A stretch of 63,059 bases of DNA, filler included, from Octopus bimaculoides (lineage: Eukaryota), in NCBI RefSeq assembly GCF_001194135.2. It is 4 parts of 3 records of this genome, joined end to end, with 100 filler letters (N's around TTAATTAATTAA, not from the genome) between each part and the next. Parts side by side here need not be neighbours in the genome. Positions count along the whole stretch, not along the records: positions 1 to 16,128 come from NC_068999.1; 3 more parts are not named here. One strand, 5' to 3'. A model generated the notes under the pieces. It worked only from the letters and a program-made list of their open reading frames with translations, searched no databases and was not told the DNA's origin. Shown here piece after piece: positions 1-10,569 of this stretch. Each line of letters opens with the position of its first letter. Position 1 is the stretch's first letter. Position numbers and translations under genes: made by a program.

Positions 1-64
1 TATTGAGGAAGGATAGAAAAATAATAGATTTATAAGCCTTAAAATTCACCCCATAATTGCCCAC

Positions 65-137
65 GGGCATATGGCGTAGTGGTTAAGAGCGCGGGCTACT
101 AACCCCAAGGTTCCGAGTTCGATTCACGGCAGCGACC
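65..137 (+). other. tRNA-like Pol III head (not a functional tRNA)
   Basis: A box TGGCGTAGTGG (72-82) and B box GAGTTCGATTC (115-125). D stem, anticodon loop CTACTAA and T stem CCGAG/CACGG are recognisable, but the acceptor stem does not pair. Confidence 0.8.
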
Positions 138-139
138 TG

Positions 140-141
<2 letters not shown>

Positions 142-170
<29 letters not shown>

Positions 171-190
171 TAATAATAATAATAATAATA
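142..190. repeat. (AAT)n microsatellite inside the PLE 3' region
   Basis: Direct reading. Confidence 0.95.
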
Positions 191-234
191 GTAACATCGA
201 TAGGAATGAGAACCCAGGTTCGAAATTTCCCCAA

Positions 235-280
235 GACACCTGACGAAGGCTGGAGGGTATATCAGCCGAAACGTTGTGTT
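235..280 (+). ncRNA. Minimal type I hammerhead ribozyme, intact core
   Basis: Stem I GACAC/GUGUU, core CUGACGA plus A, stem II GGCUG/CAGCC, GAAA, loopless palindromic stem III (A)ACGU(U), cleavage triplet GUU (cut after 275). Confidence 0.8.
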
Positions 281-360
281 AACAACAAACAAGATGAGGA
301 CGAATATCCGTCAAATGTAGATAATGTAAATAATTCCTCATCTCTTAAATATAGAACTGT

Positions 361-745
361 ATCTATTTCTTTATTCAGAAATTATCCACCTTTGTTTCTG
401 GTCGACTGCATAGCTCATTTGTGTGGTCAAAGTTACCAGAAAGAAATTTTGCAAACCAATTTGATACTGTCTGCTGTATAATAACATTAGAATGAAATAA
501 CCCACTAATATTCCAAGCTGTCTGTGATGTTGTATTTTCAAGAAAGAACCCATATTTCAAAACTATATGAATTTTCAACTTTTCCATCTCTAAATAAGAA
601 TAGCAAAGAGTTAGAATAAAGAAATAGATGTGTCAGCTTTTTAACAAAAAATAAAGATTGCCAAAATATAATAATGGCGGAAAATGAGCAGCTGTCAAAG
701 TTTACTATATACCTTACTACAAATTTCATACTTGACAACCTAATA
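361..745 (-). mobile_element. mariner 5' fragment: TIR plus degenerate HTH of the transposase
   Basis: TIR TTAGGTTGTCAAG with TA near 731-745. ORF 375-587 MEKLKIHIVLKYGF...TVSNWFAKFLSGNFD...SRPETKVDN resembles a mariner N-terminus. Confidence 0.8.
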
Positions 746-767
746 TATATATTTATATATATATATA

Positions 768-2330
768 CTAGCAGAAGCACCCGGTGTTGCTTGGGAATGA
801 AATTTTTCATTATATATTGGAAGAAAAGAGCAAAATATGTTGTATAGAAATTTGTTATTCTAAATTCAATTTATTCTTCAATTGGGAAATCAATTCTGAA
901 TTCATAATACAAAACAATAATAATAATTATAATTATAATAATATTGAACAAAAATACAAAATTTGCCACTTTTATGAAAGGAGATAAATTCTACCACATA
1001 TGTTCAAGGAAATTACATAAGAGCTTCTGAGTAAACAACATTCTTTGTTTTCTGGTTTGGAGTATAGACAAACAAGTCTTGCAAACTACCTATCCTGGGG
1101 CAACCAACATAAAGGTGATCATGAGAAAAGCAAGCCAGTAGATTTCAAAGACAGACCTTGAACTTTATTAATAGACATTGCAAAGCAAAGTCACACTGGG
1201 AATTATGTTCATTTGAACTCAAATGGCATGTCTGTTGGTTTGATTGGAATTCTTGGATTGAAAGCCTCTTCCACTGAGGCACATCCATTGATGATGGTAG
1301 CTTCTTTCACATTAGGTGTCATTAGGTCTTCACAATCAACTTTGTCCCATTGAATAATTTAGGAGGATCTTAAATTTCTTAGAAGCATTATTGGAACTCC
1401 TACCTTCAGAAAAAGTTTGTGTGGAGGAGTTCCAGGTGGCTCAAGAGAAATAAAGAACTCTAATGGGTAATGGACAGCTTGATTTTCATCAAGGACTGAA
1501 ACAACTGATTTGTTCTTCTTAATGACTGTTGGAAGCCTGTATTTTAATTCATGGTTAGTTCTTGCTACTATCTCATTTTTTTGAGCAAGAATTGCTCTTT
1601 CACACAACCATTTATGTGAATTATAATTATTACGTAAGTCTGGAAATACCCTGTTCCTCAATTCAGCTGGGAAATTCACCATGGTAGCAATATGAGCCAA
1701 ACTGATATCACCATTCCCATCAAATGATATGGTACTTTCCCATTTCGTAATTGCAGGAGTCAGGTTGAAAACTGTTTTACAAATTAGTCCCCTTGTAATA
1801 AAGGTCGCACATTAGTATTGAAGGAGAATTTCAGTACTTTATTCTATAGGTGTGAAGACTTAATGAATGCTTTTATTTCATCAGATCTTGTTCATCTCAG
1901 AATGGCTGGTAATGTCTGTCTCAAGTCTCCTGATAAAACTAATGTAATTCCTCCCATAGATTTATTGTTGTCTCTGATGTCCTGTAAGGTCTTACCAAGA
2001 GCTTCCATTGCACCTCTATGTGATATGGTGCATTCATCCCAAATGATAAAATGACATTGGCACAACACTTCTGGTGAACCTGAATCTTTGCTTGTTACAA
2101 ATTCGACTGTCATTTGTGACCAGGTTTAGTGGTAATTTAAAAGCAGAATGAGCTGTTTGGGCTCCTGGGAGAATGGTGGCAGCAAAGGCAGACAATGGTA
2201 CAGCAACTGCAATTCTTTTTTGTTACCTTACCTTGGATAGAAGCAATGTTACAAATGTTTTACCTGTGCCACCAGGAGCATCAAGAAGGAAAATTCCTCA
2301 GCTATCTTCTGGCGATTGTGGAACGCCACA
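768..2330 (-). mobile_element. Helitron remnant: degenerate PIF1-like helicase domain with preserved 3' terminus
   Basis: Minus-strand motifs DAPGGTGKTF (Walker A), IIWDEC, SGDLRQTLP, LKVGVPIMLLRNL, FAMSINKVQG, broken by stops and frameshifts. Ends in a GC-rich segment then CTAG|T at 768-771. Confidence 0.92.
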
Positions 2331-3320
2331 GACATGCACACATACATATACATACAGTATCAAACATCAGATTATATATATNNNNNNNNNNNNNNNNNNN
2401 NNNNNNNNNNNNNNNNNNNNNNNNNNNNNNNNNNNNNNNNNATGTGTTGTTGAAAATTCACCTAAATTTCAAAAACTTGTAAATGTTTAAAATACATTTA
2501 TTTACATATATATCAAACTAGTTTCAACAATATTTTTTGTTTATCAATGGTAAAAGTTTAAAATTAGAAAAACATCTTGTAAAAGTTTTAATGTTGATAA
2601 ATTAAAATGTTTCAGTGTTGATAAGTTAGCATGTTCAAAAGAGAAGGTGTAAGTTTGAATGTTCATGGCAGTCAATAAAATTAAAACTGTATATCAATTT
2701 GTTTGAATGTACAAAGTTCATTCATTTTAGTGGTGGTCGACAAGTCATACTGAAAAAAACAAGTGTGAAATGAAAATAGTAAATAAATGGGAATTTGGTT
2801 TACAGTTTTTCTGATCCTCTTCTAATAGATGCTTTCACTTGTAGTGGTATGTTTTGGGATCAGATGAATTTATAGTTTTTTTCCTCGAGTGGATCTGATT
2901 TTTGATTCGTTAAAATTCTGGTGACATTTTTTTTCTGTGATCAAGCTTGTCATTCTGCTTGGTTGGTTTCCTTGTGGATACGGTCATAAGTCGTTCCAGT
3001 TGGTTGGTTCTCTTAAAGGGTCATTTCGTTGTATTCGCTGAAGTTCAGTTTTGATTGGTCTGTACTTAGGTGACATCAGCAACTGGTGTTTGTAGAATTT
3101 CATTGGACTGAACGTCAGCAACTGATGTTTGTATGGTGATTTGGAGTTGCAGTTTCGGAACCAGGGTGGAAGATTGTTACTAAAGTTTTCAGAAAAATTT
3201 TTTTTGTTGTTCCTGGTTGTTTTTTTTGAGTCTTTTTTTCTTTTCTTTTTACTGCTTTTTCTTCTTTCTAAAGGATATTCAGCTGTGGTTTATATTTTTT
3301 AATCAGTATGTTTTCCTTAT

Positions 3321-3532
3321 TTAACCCTTTAGTGTTTTAAACTGGCCATATCTAGCCCAAATATTCTACATGTTTTATATTTAAACTGCCTCTCACACCT
3401 AACCTCCATTGACATTCTAAAAATAAACATTATTGAAACCTCAAAGCTATAAGATAATGCATGATTAATTCAAAACAATTTGAGTGAAAAAGTATTACAT
3501 TTAACAGAATAATCTGAACACTAATGGGTTAA
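3321..3532. mobile_element. piggyBac-type MITE
   Basis: TTAA-CCCTTTAGTGTT ... AACACTAATGGG-TTAA: terminal inverted repeats with TTAA duplications on both sides. Confidence 0.75.
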
Positions 3533-3559
3533 ATAGAATTGGATTGAAGTGTTTCCAGT

Positions 3560-4170
3560 GCATTGATTTGGAAAGATTTGGGAAGATTTGGTATTTAGGG
3601 TTCATGTCTATGGAGCATTGGTCTATTTGCTTGCTTACAGGAATTTTCCTAGTGTTGGGGTCTCGGATTTGTTGGCTGTGCACTAAGTCTATCCCTCAAA
3701 GTTAAGCTGGTTTGACCAATGTAGTCACTACCACAACCTCCACATTTAAGAACATAGTTAAGAAGATGAAGGAGTACGTTGGACATTTATTTATTATTTG
3801 CTACAGGTGTTTTGATGAAACGTAGTTCTCCAAGAATACAGGTTTTAGATTATGCAACTGTTTGTTTGCATAATGAGATCTAGTTGTGCTTCCTTGGGCG
3901 ATATACGAGTGTTGTCACCATTAGTTTGAAATCATAGACTCCAAGGCCATCTTCTCTGTCCATCGTGGTTTGAATTTAGGAGCGGCTGATAGACCCATGC
4001 TGTGTGCCATGAGAACACATTTGTCGGACTGCTATGAATGGTACTAGATGGTACTGGCTGGCATTTAAATGGAATTGGCCTTCTATTTGGTTGTATCTCT
4101 GATCTGTTCTTTATGGTTGGCTACCCATGTTAATTTCTTAAGCTGACCTAAAGGTATGTATTCAGTGGTC
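3560..4170 (-). mobile_element. Penelope-like element fragment, GIY-YIG endonuclease region
   Basis: Minus-strand translation NYVLKCGGCGSDYIGQTSLTLRDRL..HSQQIRDPNTRKIPVS; frameshifted. Confidence 0.8.
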
Positions 4171-4242
4171 ATATACATACCCGCATACACACACAGAGAC
4201 TCATACATACACTCTCACACGCAAATGTATGTATATATGCCT

Positions 4243-4628
4243 TTGTTGTTGGCACTCCATTGCTTACGATGACGAGGGTTCCAGTTGATCCAATCAACGG
4301 AACAGCCTGCTCTTGAAATTAACGTGCAAGTGGCTGAGCACTCTACAGACACGTGTACCCTTAATGTAGTTCTCGGGGATATTCAGCGTGACACAGTACG
4401 ACAAGGCTGACCCTTTGAATTACAGGCACAACAGAAACAGGAAGTAAGAGTGAGAGAAAGTTGTGGTGGAAAAGTACAGCAGGGTTCGCCACCATCCCCA
4501 GCCGGAGCCTCGTGGAGCTTTAGATGTTTTTGCTCAATAAACACTCACAACGCCCGATCTGGGAATCAAAACCGCAATCCTATGACCACGAGTCCGCTGC
4601 CCTAACCACTGGGTCATTGCACCTCCAC
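4243..4628 (-). mobile_element. Full-length tRNA(Arg)-like-headed SINE
   Basis: Reverse complement of the copy at 47211-47601; tRNA-like head and (CAA)n tail. Confidence 0.9.
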
Positions 4629-4879
4629 CATATATGCCTATATACACACATACATGCTCTCATATACATACATAAATACATTCCTGTATATATGTTTATA
4701 TACATACCTGTATTTAGGCAACTTGATATCCATATATATATATATATATATACATGTGTACATATATAAATTTATGCATGCATGTATGTTTATATATATG
4801 AATAGATATACACACACACACACACATATATAATTTTGTACAAGGTATTAATGTCATTAAGTAACACCACATGCTCTTC

Positions 4880-6160
4880 AGAGATGGCATCTATCTCTCA
4901 AGAGGACATGAAAATTAGAGAGAGAGTTATGTCTCAACTAATTAGGGATAGAATTAAATTAGATGAGATGCAGTTTGGTTTTGTTCGAGGGAGAAGTACC
5001 ACAGATGCCATCCTCATAGTGAGATAGTTCCAAGAAAAGTATTTGACCAAAAGTAAGCCATTGTACTTAGCCTTCATTGACCTGGTGAAAGCTTTCAACT
5101 CTCTTATTTGATGATCTCTAAGGAAGCTAGGAGTAGAGGAGTGACTTCTTAGAGTGGTTCAGGCCATGTACAGTGATGCTGTCAGTAAGGTGAGAGTTGG
5201 ACTTGAATACAGTGGTGAATTTAACGTACAAGTTGGAGTACATTAGCGATCAGTTCTTAGTCAATTCTTTTTCATCGTAGTTCTCCTAGCCATAACAGAT
5301 GAATTCAAAACTGGATGCCCATGGGAACTACTATAGGGTGATGATCTTGCTCTTATTGCAGAATCTCAAGCAGAATTGGAGAAGTTCCGGGTTTGGAAGC
5401 AAAACCTGAAATCAAACAGCCTTTAAGTTAACTTAGCTAAGACTAAAGTTGTTGTTAGCGAGATAGGAGATAAGACTTTCATTCCGGTTGGCAAATGGTC
5501 CTGTTCAATATGTAGGAAAGGCGTGGGATGTAATTCCATTTGCTGCACCAAGTGTAAGCTATGGACGCATAAGAGATGCAGTGGAATTGTGGTAATGCTT
5601 TCATGTGTGGCAGGTGCGCAGGAACAATAAGTACTAAGAGTACGAGGGATTTAAACTCTCTCAAATACCCAGGAGGCTCTCTTGATGTAGTAGATAGTTT
5701 TTGCTATTTAGGTGACCAAATTAGTAACAGTGGTGGATGCTCTGAAAGTGTTGTTTCTAGAATAAGAATAGAGTGGAGAAAGTTCAGAGAACTATTACCT
5801 CTCTTGGCAGTAAAAGGACTCTCTCTCAGATAATGCTCATGTGAGAATGGCTATGTTACATGGTAGGGAGACATCAGTGTGCATGACTGCCAAAGCACAA
5901 CTGTGTTGAGAAAAAAGTTGGGCACGAGAGGGATTAAATGTGGTATGCAAGAGAGGAGAATGTGTTGGTTTGCACACGCGATGCGTGTGAGTGAAGACAG
6001 CTGTATGCAGAAGTACCTGTGGAAGAGGGAGACCCAGGAAGACATGAGATGAAGTGGTGAGGACTGGTCTTAGGATGTTGGGGCTTATGGAGGAAATGAC
6101 AGTGGCCCGAGATGTTTGGCAATATGAAGTTCTAGAAGACCCGTCAACAAAACTAAGTGC
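4880..6160 (+). mobile_element. RTE-clade LINE remnant: RT domain and C-terminus
   Basis: QFGFVRGRSTTDAI, YLAFIDLVKAF, VGVH.RSVLS, GDDLALIAES, FCYLGDQI; many stops and frameshifts. Confidence 0.9.
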
Positions 6161-6784
6161 TAGAAGAGTTGTGTCCCACCCATGTCACAACACACTTTTC
6201 ACCCACTCTACCCTAAGAAATCAAACTACAACTCCTCTTCCTTACATTTCTTCTTCATAAATTATGACTGTTTTCCAATCCCCTTTCTTGCCCTTACTAC
6301 CCTGCTAACTGTATCACTTCTCCCCACACTCACACCCAGTTTCTCTAACCAGGTTCAATGCTGATATTCTTGTTATTTATGTATATACCCTAGAACTACA
6401 CCATCTCTTTTACACTTTTGCTGTTTCCTACTCTCTCTCTCTCTCCTCGTTTTTCCGCTGACTAAGTAACCAAGTATCTCCTTTACATCAGCACACTTGT
6501 TTCTGACCTCTTTCTGTACCTCTCTCTCACTCTCTAGCTTTCCTCTCTGTCTCTCTCACTGGGTAACCATGTCCCTCCTCTATAGCAAGACACTTCTGCT
6601 TCTCTATTTCTCTGTTACACTCTAACCTTTCATCATTTGATATTGGATCACCTCCTCTAATGCCCCCTCTGTTGTGACAAGACACCTGCTTCTGTCTCTG
6701 TGTCTTTGTCACACTCTAACCTTTCATCCTCTGACACAAGTTCCCCTCCTCAAATTCTCTGCCCTTCTCTTGTGAGTTACTTGG

Positions 6785-7070
6785 TTACCCTGCCAGTGCT
6801 GATGCCACGTTAAAAGCATCCAGTCCACCCTGTAAAGTGGTTGGCATTTGGAAGGGCATCCAGCTGTAAAATTCGGGTCAAAACTAACTTTGCCTGTGCT
6901 AGTGCCACATAAAAAGCATTGAGTTCACTCTGCAGAGTGGTTGGTGTTGGCGAGGGCATCTAGTCATAAAATCCCTGCCAAAACAGACACAGTAGCCTTG
7001 GGTAGATTTTTTACCTTGCCAGCTCCTGTCATCCATCTTACTCATGGAAGATGGATGTTAAACAATGATG
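6785..7070 (+). repeat. Interspersed repeat with internally duplicated unit (probable LINE 3' tail)
   Basis: Two related units GTGGTTGG..GGGCATC.AG..TAAAA; follows the RTE remnant and a CT-rich tract. Confidence 0.4.
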
Positions 7071-7170
7071 ATGTATGTATGTTTATATGCATGCATGTAT
7101 ATTATATATATATATATATAAATAATAATAAAGGAGTTACGATGCAAAAACGTATATAATTAAATGAACA

Positions 7171-7265
7171 TATTTATCTTCTTCAATATATATTTCAGTA
7201 TAAAGAATTCATTAAGAGACTTAATAAATCAAAATTCTTTTACACGTCTTCAGGAAAAATAAATA
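7171..7265 (-). ncRNA. Type I hammerhead, intact CUGAAGA core, long stems
   Basis: Stem I UAUUUAUUUUUC/GAAGAAGAUAAAUA, CUGAAGA (7253-7247), stem II GUGUAAAAGAAUU/AAUUCUUUAUAC with a C-U mismatch at its base, GAAA, palindromic stem III AUAUAUAU, triplet AUU. Confidence 0.7.
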
Positions 7266-7399
7266 TAACACCAGAAAACCACATTCGGTTTAAAAATATA
7301 ATCCATTCATGGCGAAAAATTTCACAATTTTTTACAATTGTGAAATTTTTTGCCATGAACGGATTGTATTTTTAAACCAAATGTGGTTTTCTGATGTTA

Positions 7400-7494
7400 T
7401 ATTTATTTTTCTTGAAGATGTGTAAAAGAATTTTGATTTATTAAGTCTCTTAATGAATTCTTTATACTGAAATATATATTGAAGAAGATAAATA
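7400..7494 (+). ncRNA. Type I hammerhead, mirror copy with C3U core change
   Basis: Same fold as 7171-7265, but the core reads UUGAAGA (7412-7418). Confidence 0.6.
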
Positions 7495-8142
7495 TGTTCA
7501 TTTAATTATATACGTTTTTGTGTCATAACTCCTTTATTATTATAACCAAAAGGATCGATTCTTGAAGAGTCTACATACCTTCACAGTCGTTTTTTTCTGC
7601 TATTTTGGTGATGATTTTTTTGAGTTAGCTTACCAATTATTTTTGTTGGTAGTTAATTTTTAATATATTGATATACATATATATATAAACTGGATGTTTT
7701 GAAATAGAAACATAACCATGTTTCAGTTTTGTGTATGCTGACATTTATCAGTGCTTTCTTCCATTGTTTTCAACCAGTACTAAAATTATTTGGATGTCTG
7801 ACAACAGTAAATGTGTTTTGATCAAAGTATACAGTGTTATAGATCTGTTTCAGCTGATCTACCAATTGATTTCATACTGGGTATGAGATAACCATACTGT
7901 TATCTATGTCCTCTTTAGAAACAGATGCCATCTCTGAAGAGCATGTGATGTTACTTAATGGCGTTAATACCTTGTGCAAAATTGAAATGGATCTGTAACA
8001 CTGCATATTATAATATACCCACTCTGCTGACAAATATGTGTCCATATTTTTTCTGATTTATTGTTTCTTAGACTATACATATACCATAAAATGGGTTTGT
8101 GTGTATATATACATACACACACACATATTTAAAGATATATAT

Positions 8143-9703
8143 TATTGGGTCACCCCATAAATAATGTAATTTTTTTTATACTTCTTTTATTTTTCAAAAT
8201 TAAGATAAACAATTTGTTTTTTAATCTAAAATATACTCTCCTTCATTTTCTACAATGCTCTTCCATCTATCTGGTAGATTTGCAAGACCTCTCTTCCAAA
8301 ATTCACTTGTACATGACAAAAAATAATCTCCCAGTACTGTTCTGACCTCATCTACAGAATTCATATTTTTTTCCATCCAAATGATTTTGAAGACTGCAGA
8401 ATAAATGATGATCAGATGGGGCAATGTACATTGAATATGGTGGGTAAGGCATTGTTTCCCATTCAAACTGCTTCAGCCTTTGGAATCTCATCCTTGCTGT
8501 ATGTAGCTGAGCAATTATCCTGATGGAAGAACACTTTATGTCTTGAAACCAAAGATGGTTGCTTTTCTTCTAGTGCTGACTTAAGCCACTCAAGCTGCTC
8601 GCAGTAGATCTCCTTTGTTATCGTGGACTAAACCTTTCATATCCCACCAAACAGATAACAACACCTTATGTGGGTGAAGAACTTCTTTAGCCTGGGGTGT
8701 CAGTGTTTCTCCTTTTGTCGCTTGACATTTTTATTGAGAACCCATTTCTTGTCACCGGTCACTATTCGGTCCCAAAAAGATTCATTTGTGAGACATGACA
8801 GTAAAGATGAGCACACAATCACTTTTTGCATGCGATTAAACTCGGAAAGTGTGTGAGGAACCTATTGACCCAATTTGCTGACTTTTCCGATGGCACGCAG
8901 GTGTTGATGAATGGTTGAATGACCAAATTGAAGCTTTTCTGCTAGTCCCTCAACAGTTACGGTGGGATTTTGTCCCACCAGGGTTTGCAGGACACCTTTG
9001 TTTTGAGCTCTACAGATCTTCTAGGACTAGGCTGTAGCTTCCAGCTCAGAATTTCTGGAACCACTGTTGACACTGGCTTATGCTTATTGTCTGATCCCTG
9101 TATACTGCATTAATATTCCTTGCACTTTCCATTGTGTTGTTGTCTTGATTGAACTCATAAAGCAAAATATGCCGAATATGCTCCTGTGTCACTTCCATTA
9201 TAGCTTTGAAAAAATAACTGTTAAAATTGAACTGCACTCTTCAAAACTTGCACTAAGAATAAGTTTAAGGTAACATTACTACATGCTTTTATAGCAAGTT
9301 GATGCAGTTAAAAAAAAACATTATTGTGGCTGTGTGGTAAGTAGCTTGCTAACCAACCACATGGCTGCAGGTTCAGTCCCACTGTGTAGCACCTTGGGCA
9401 AGTGTTTTCTACTATAGCCTCAGGCCAACCAAAGCCTTGTGAGTGGATTTGGTAGATGGAAACTGAAAGAAGCCTGTGGTATATATATATGTATGTATAT
9501 GTTTGTGTGTGTCCCAACATCGCTTGATGCTGGTGTGTTTACGTCCCCGTAACTTAGCGGTTCAGCATAAGAGACCAATAGAATAAGTACTAGGTTTACA
9601 AAGAATAAGTCCTGAGGTCGATTTGCTCGACTAAAGATGGTGCTCCAGCATGGCCGCAGTCAAAATTACTGAAATGAATAAAAGAATGTGGGATGATCCA
9701 ATA
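8143..9703 (-). mobile_element. Full-length but degenerate mariner element, one TIR split by a SINE
   Basis: MEVTQEHIRHILLYEFNQ..., VTGDKKWVL, FHQDN, ...LPDRWKSIVENEGEYILD*. TIR TATTGGGTCACCCCATA at 8143; the other TIR is split into about 9310-9329 and 9687-9703. Confidence 0.88.
9330..9686 (+). mobile_element. SINE with CORE-like CCTTGGGCAAGT block and internal (TA/TG)n
   Basis: Head GCTGTGTGGTAAG, tail CCAGCATGGCCGCAGTCAAA..AAAAGAA. Other copies at 26975, 55655 and 59870. Confidence 0.85.
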
Positions 9704-10511
9704 GATATGTCATCGTCATCTTTATATGTCAATTTTCTATGCTTGCTTGGGTAGGACAGTCCAACAGAATTCATTAGACAGGACTATATCTTGCTCTAAT
9801 GTCTTGACATAGTTTCTGATGCTTTTCTACCACTTTACAGAGTTATTGGGTGCATTTTTACCTCCAGGTAGAGGGTGCTGTGTCAGCAGCAAAACTGAAG
9901 AGCTTGAATAAATTACAAGCCTGGTTACACTTGCTAAGTGTAAGAGGAGCACCATGATTGATAGAACAAATTTATTGTGAGCAGATGGTGATGTCAAGGA
10001 TAAGTGTGAAGTTGAGAAGGGGACAAAGTAATGTCATCTGTCACATCAGTATTTGAATGGAGTTTGTCAGATTTCAAGACAGTTCTTATTGGAGTTATAC
10101 AGGTTTATTTTTGAGAGTGGGTGACAGGGGAGAGATTTGAGGACAATGTTAGGGAAGTAGGTAATAGGATGGAAAGGGAAAAGTAGTGTCAAGGAACTAG
10201 CGAGAGTAAGTGGTAATGGCAGTGAGATGACAGAGGAGATGCAGTGCTTTTCTACATTTTAAATAGGTGGATAAATTGATCCATGGAAGCGAGATGAGAT
10301 GATGTGGTCATGTAGGTAACATATCTAAAAAGATGTAGTGACAGGAGAAATCAGTGAGAGTGGGTACAGGTTACAAGAGTGCAATCTATAACATATACAT
10401 GTGTGTGTGTCCATATATATAATCAAACTCCAAAGGACTGGTGTTGGTCTGCAGCAGCTGTTTAGTAAGATCAATAAAAAGAGAACAGTGAACTAGCTGT
10501 GGGAAATAGAA

Positions 10512-10544
10512 AATCCAATGTTTTGAACAAAGTCCTTCAGGAAA
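10512..10544 (-). ncRNA. Degenerate hammerhead-like motif just upstream of and antisense to the PLE RT remnant
   Basis: CUGAA-GGAC-UUU-GUUC-AAAA-CAUU-GG: core two nt short and G12A. Confidence 0.3.
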
Positions 10545-10569
10545 AAGCTGACAGGAGAGAAATTAACGA

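Larger units (their letters stand above)
1..360 (+). mobile_element. 3' end of a Penelope-like retroelement: ORF C-terminus, tRNA-like module, (AAT)n, hammerhead, tail
   Basis: Nt 3-35 read LRKDRKIIDL*, aligning with VLRNDKISGL* that ends the GIY-YIG ORF at 46037. Downstream sequence aligns with 46040-46340 through the tRNA-like segment and the HHR. Confidence 0.8.
7122..7543. repeat. Near-perfect inverted repeat, arms about 208 nt, 6-nt loop (7330-7335)
   Basis: Manual comparison gives about 10 substitutions between the arms, all transitions. Each arm holds a hammerhead. Confidence 0.95.

Noticed and set aside
65-137. Functional tRNA genes here or at 46066, 47213, 48343 and 55850
   Set aside because: Acceptor stems do not pair, and each continues into repeat-family body sequence; they are SINE or PLE heads.
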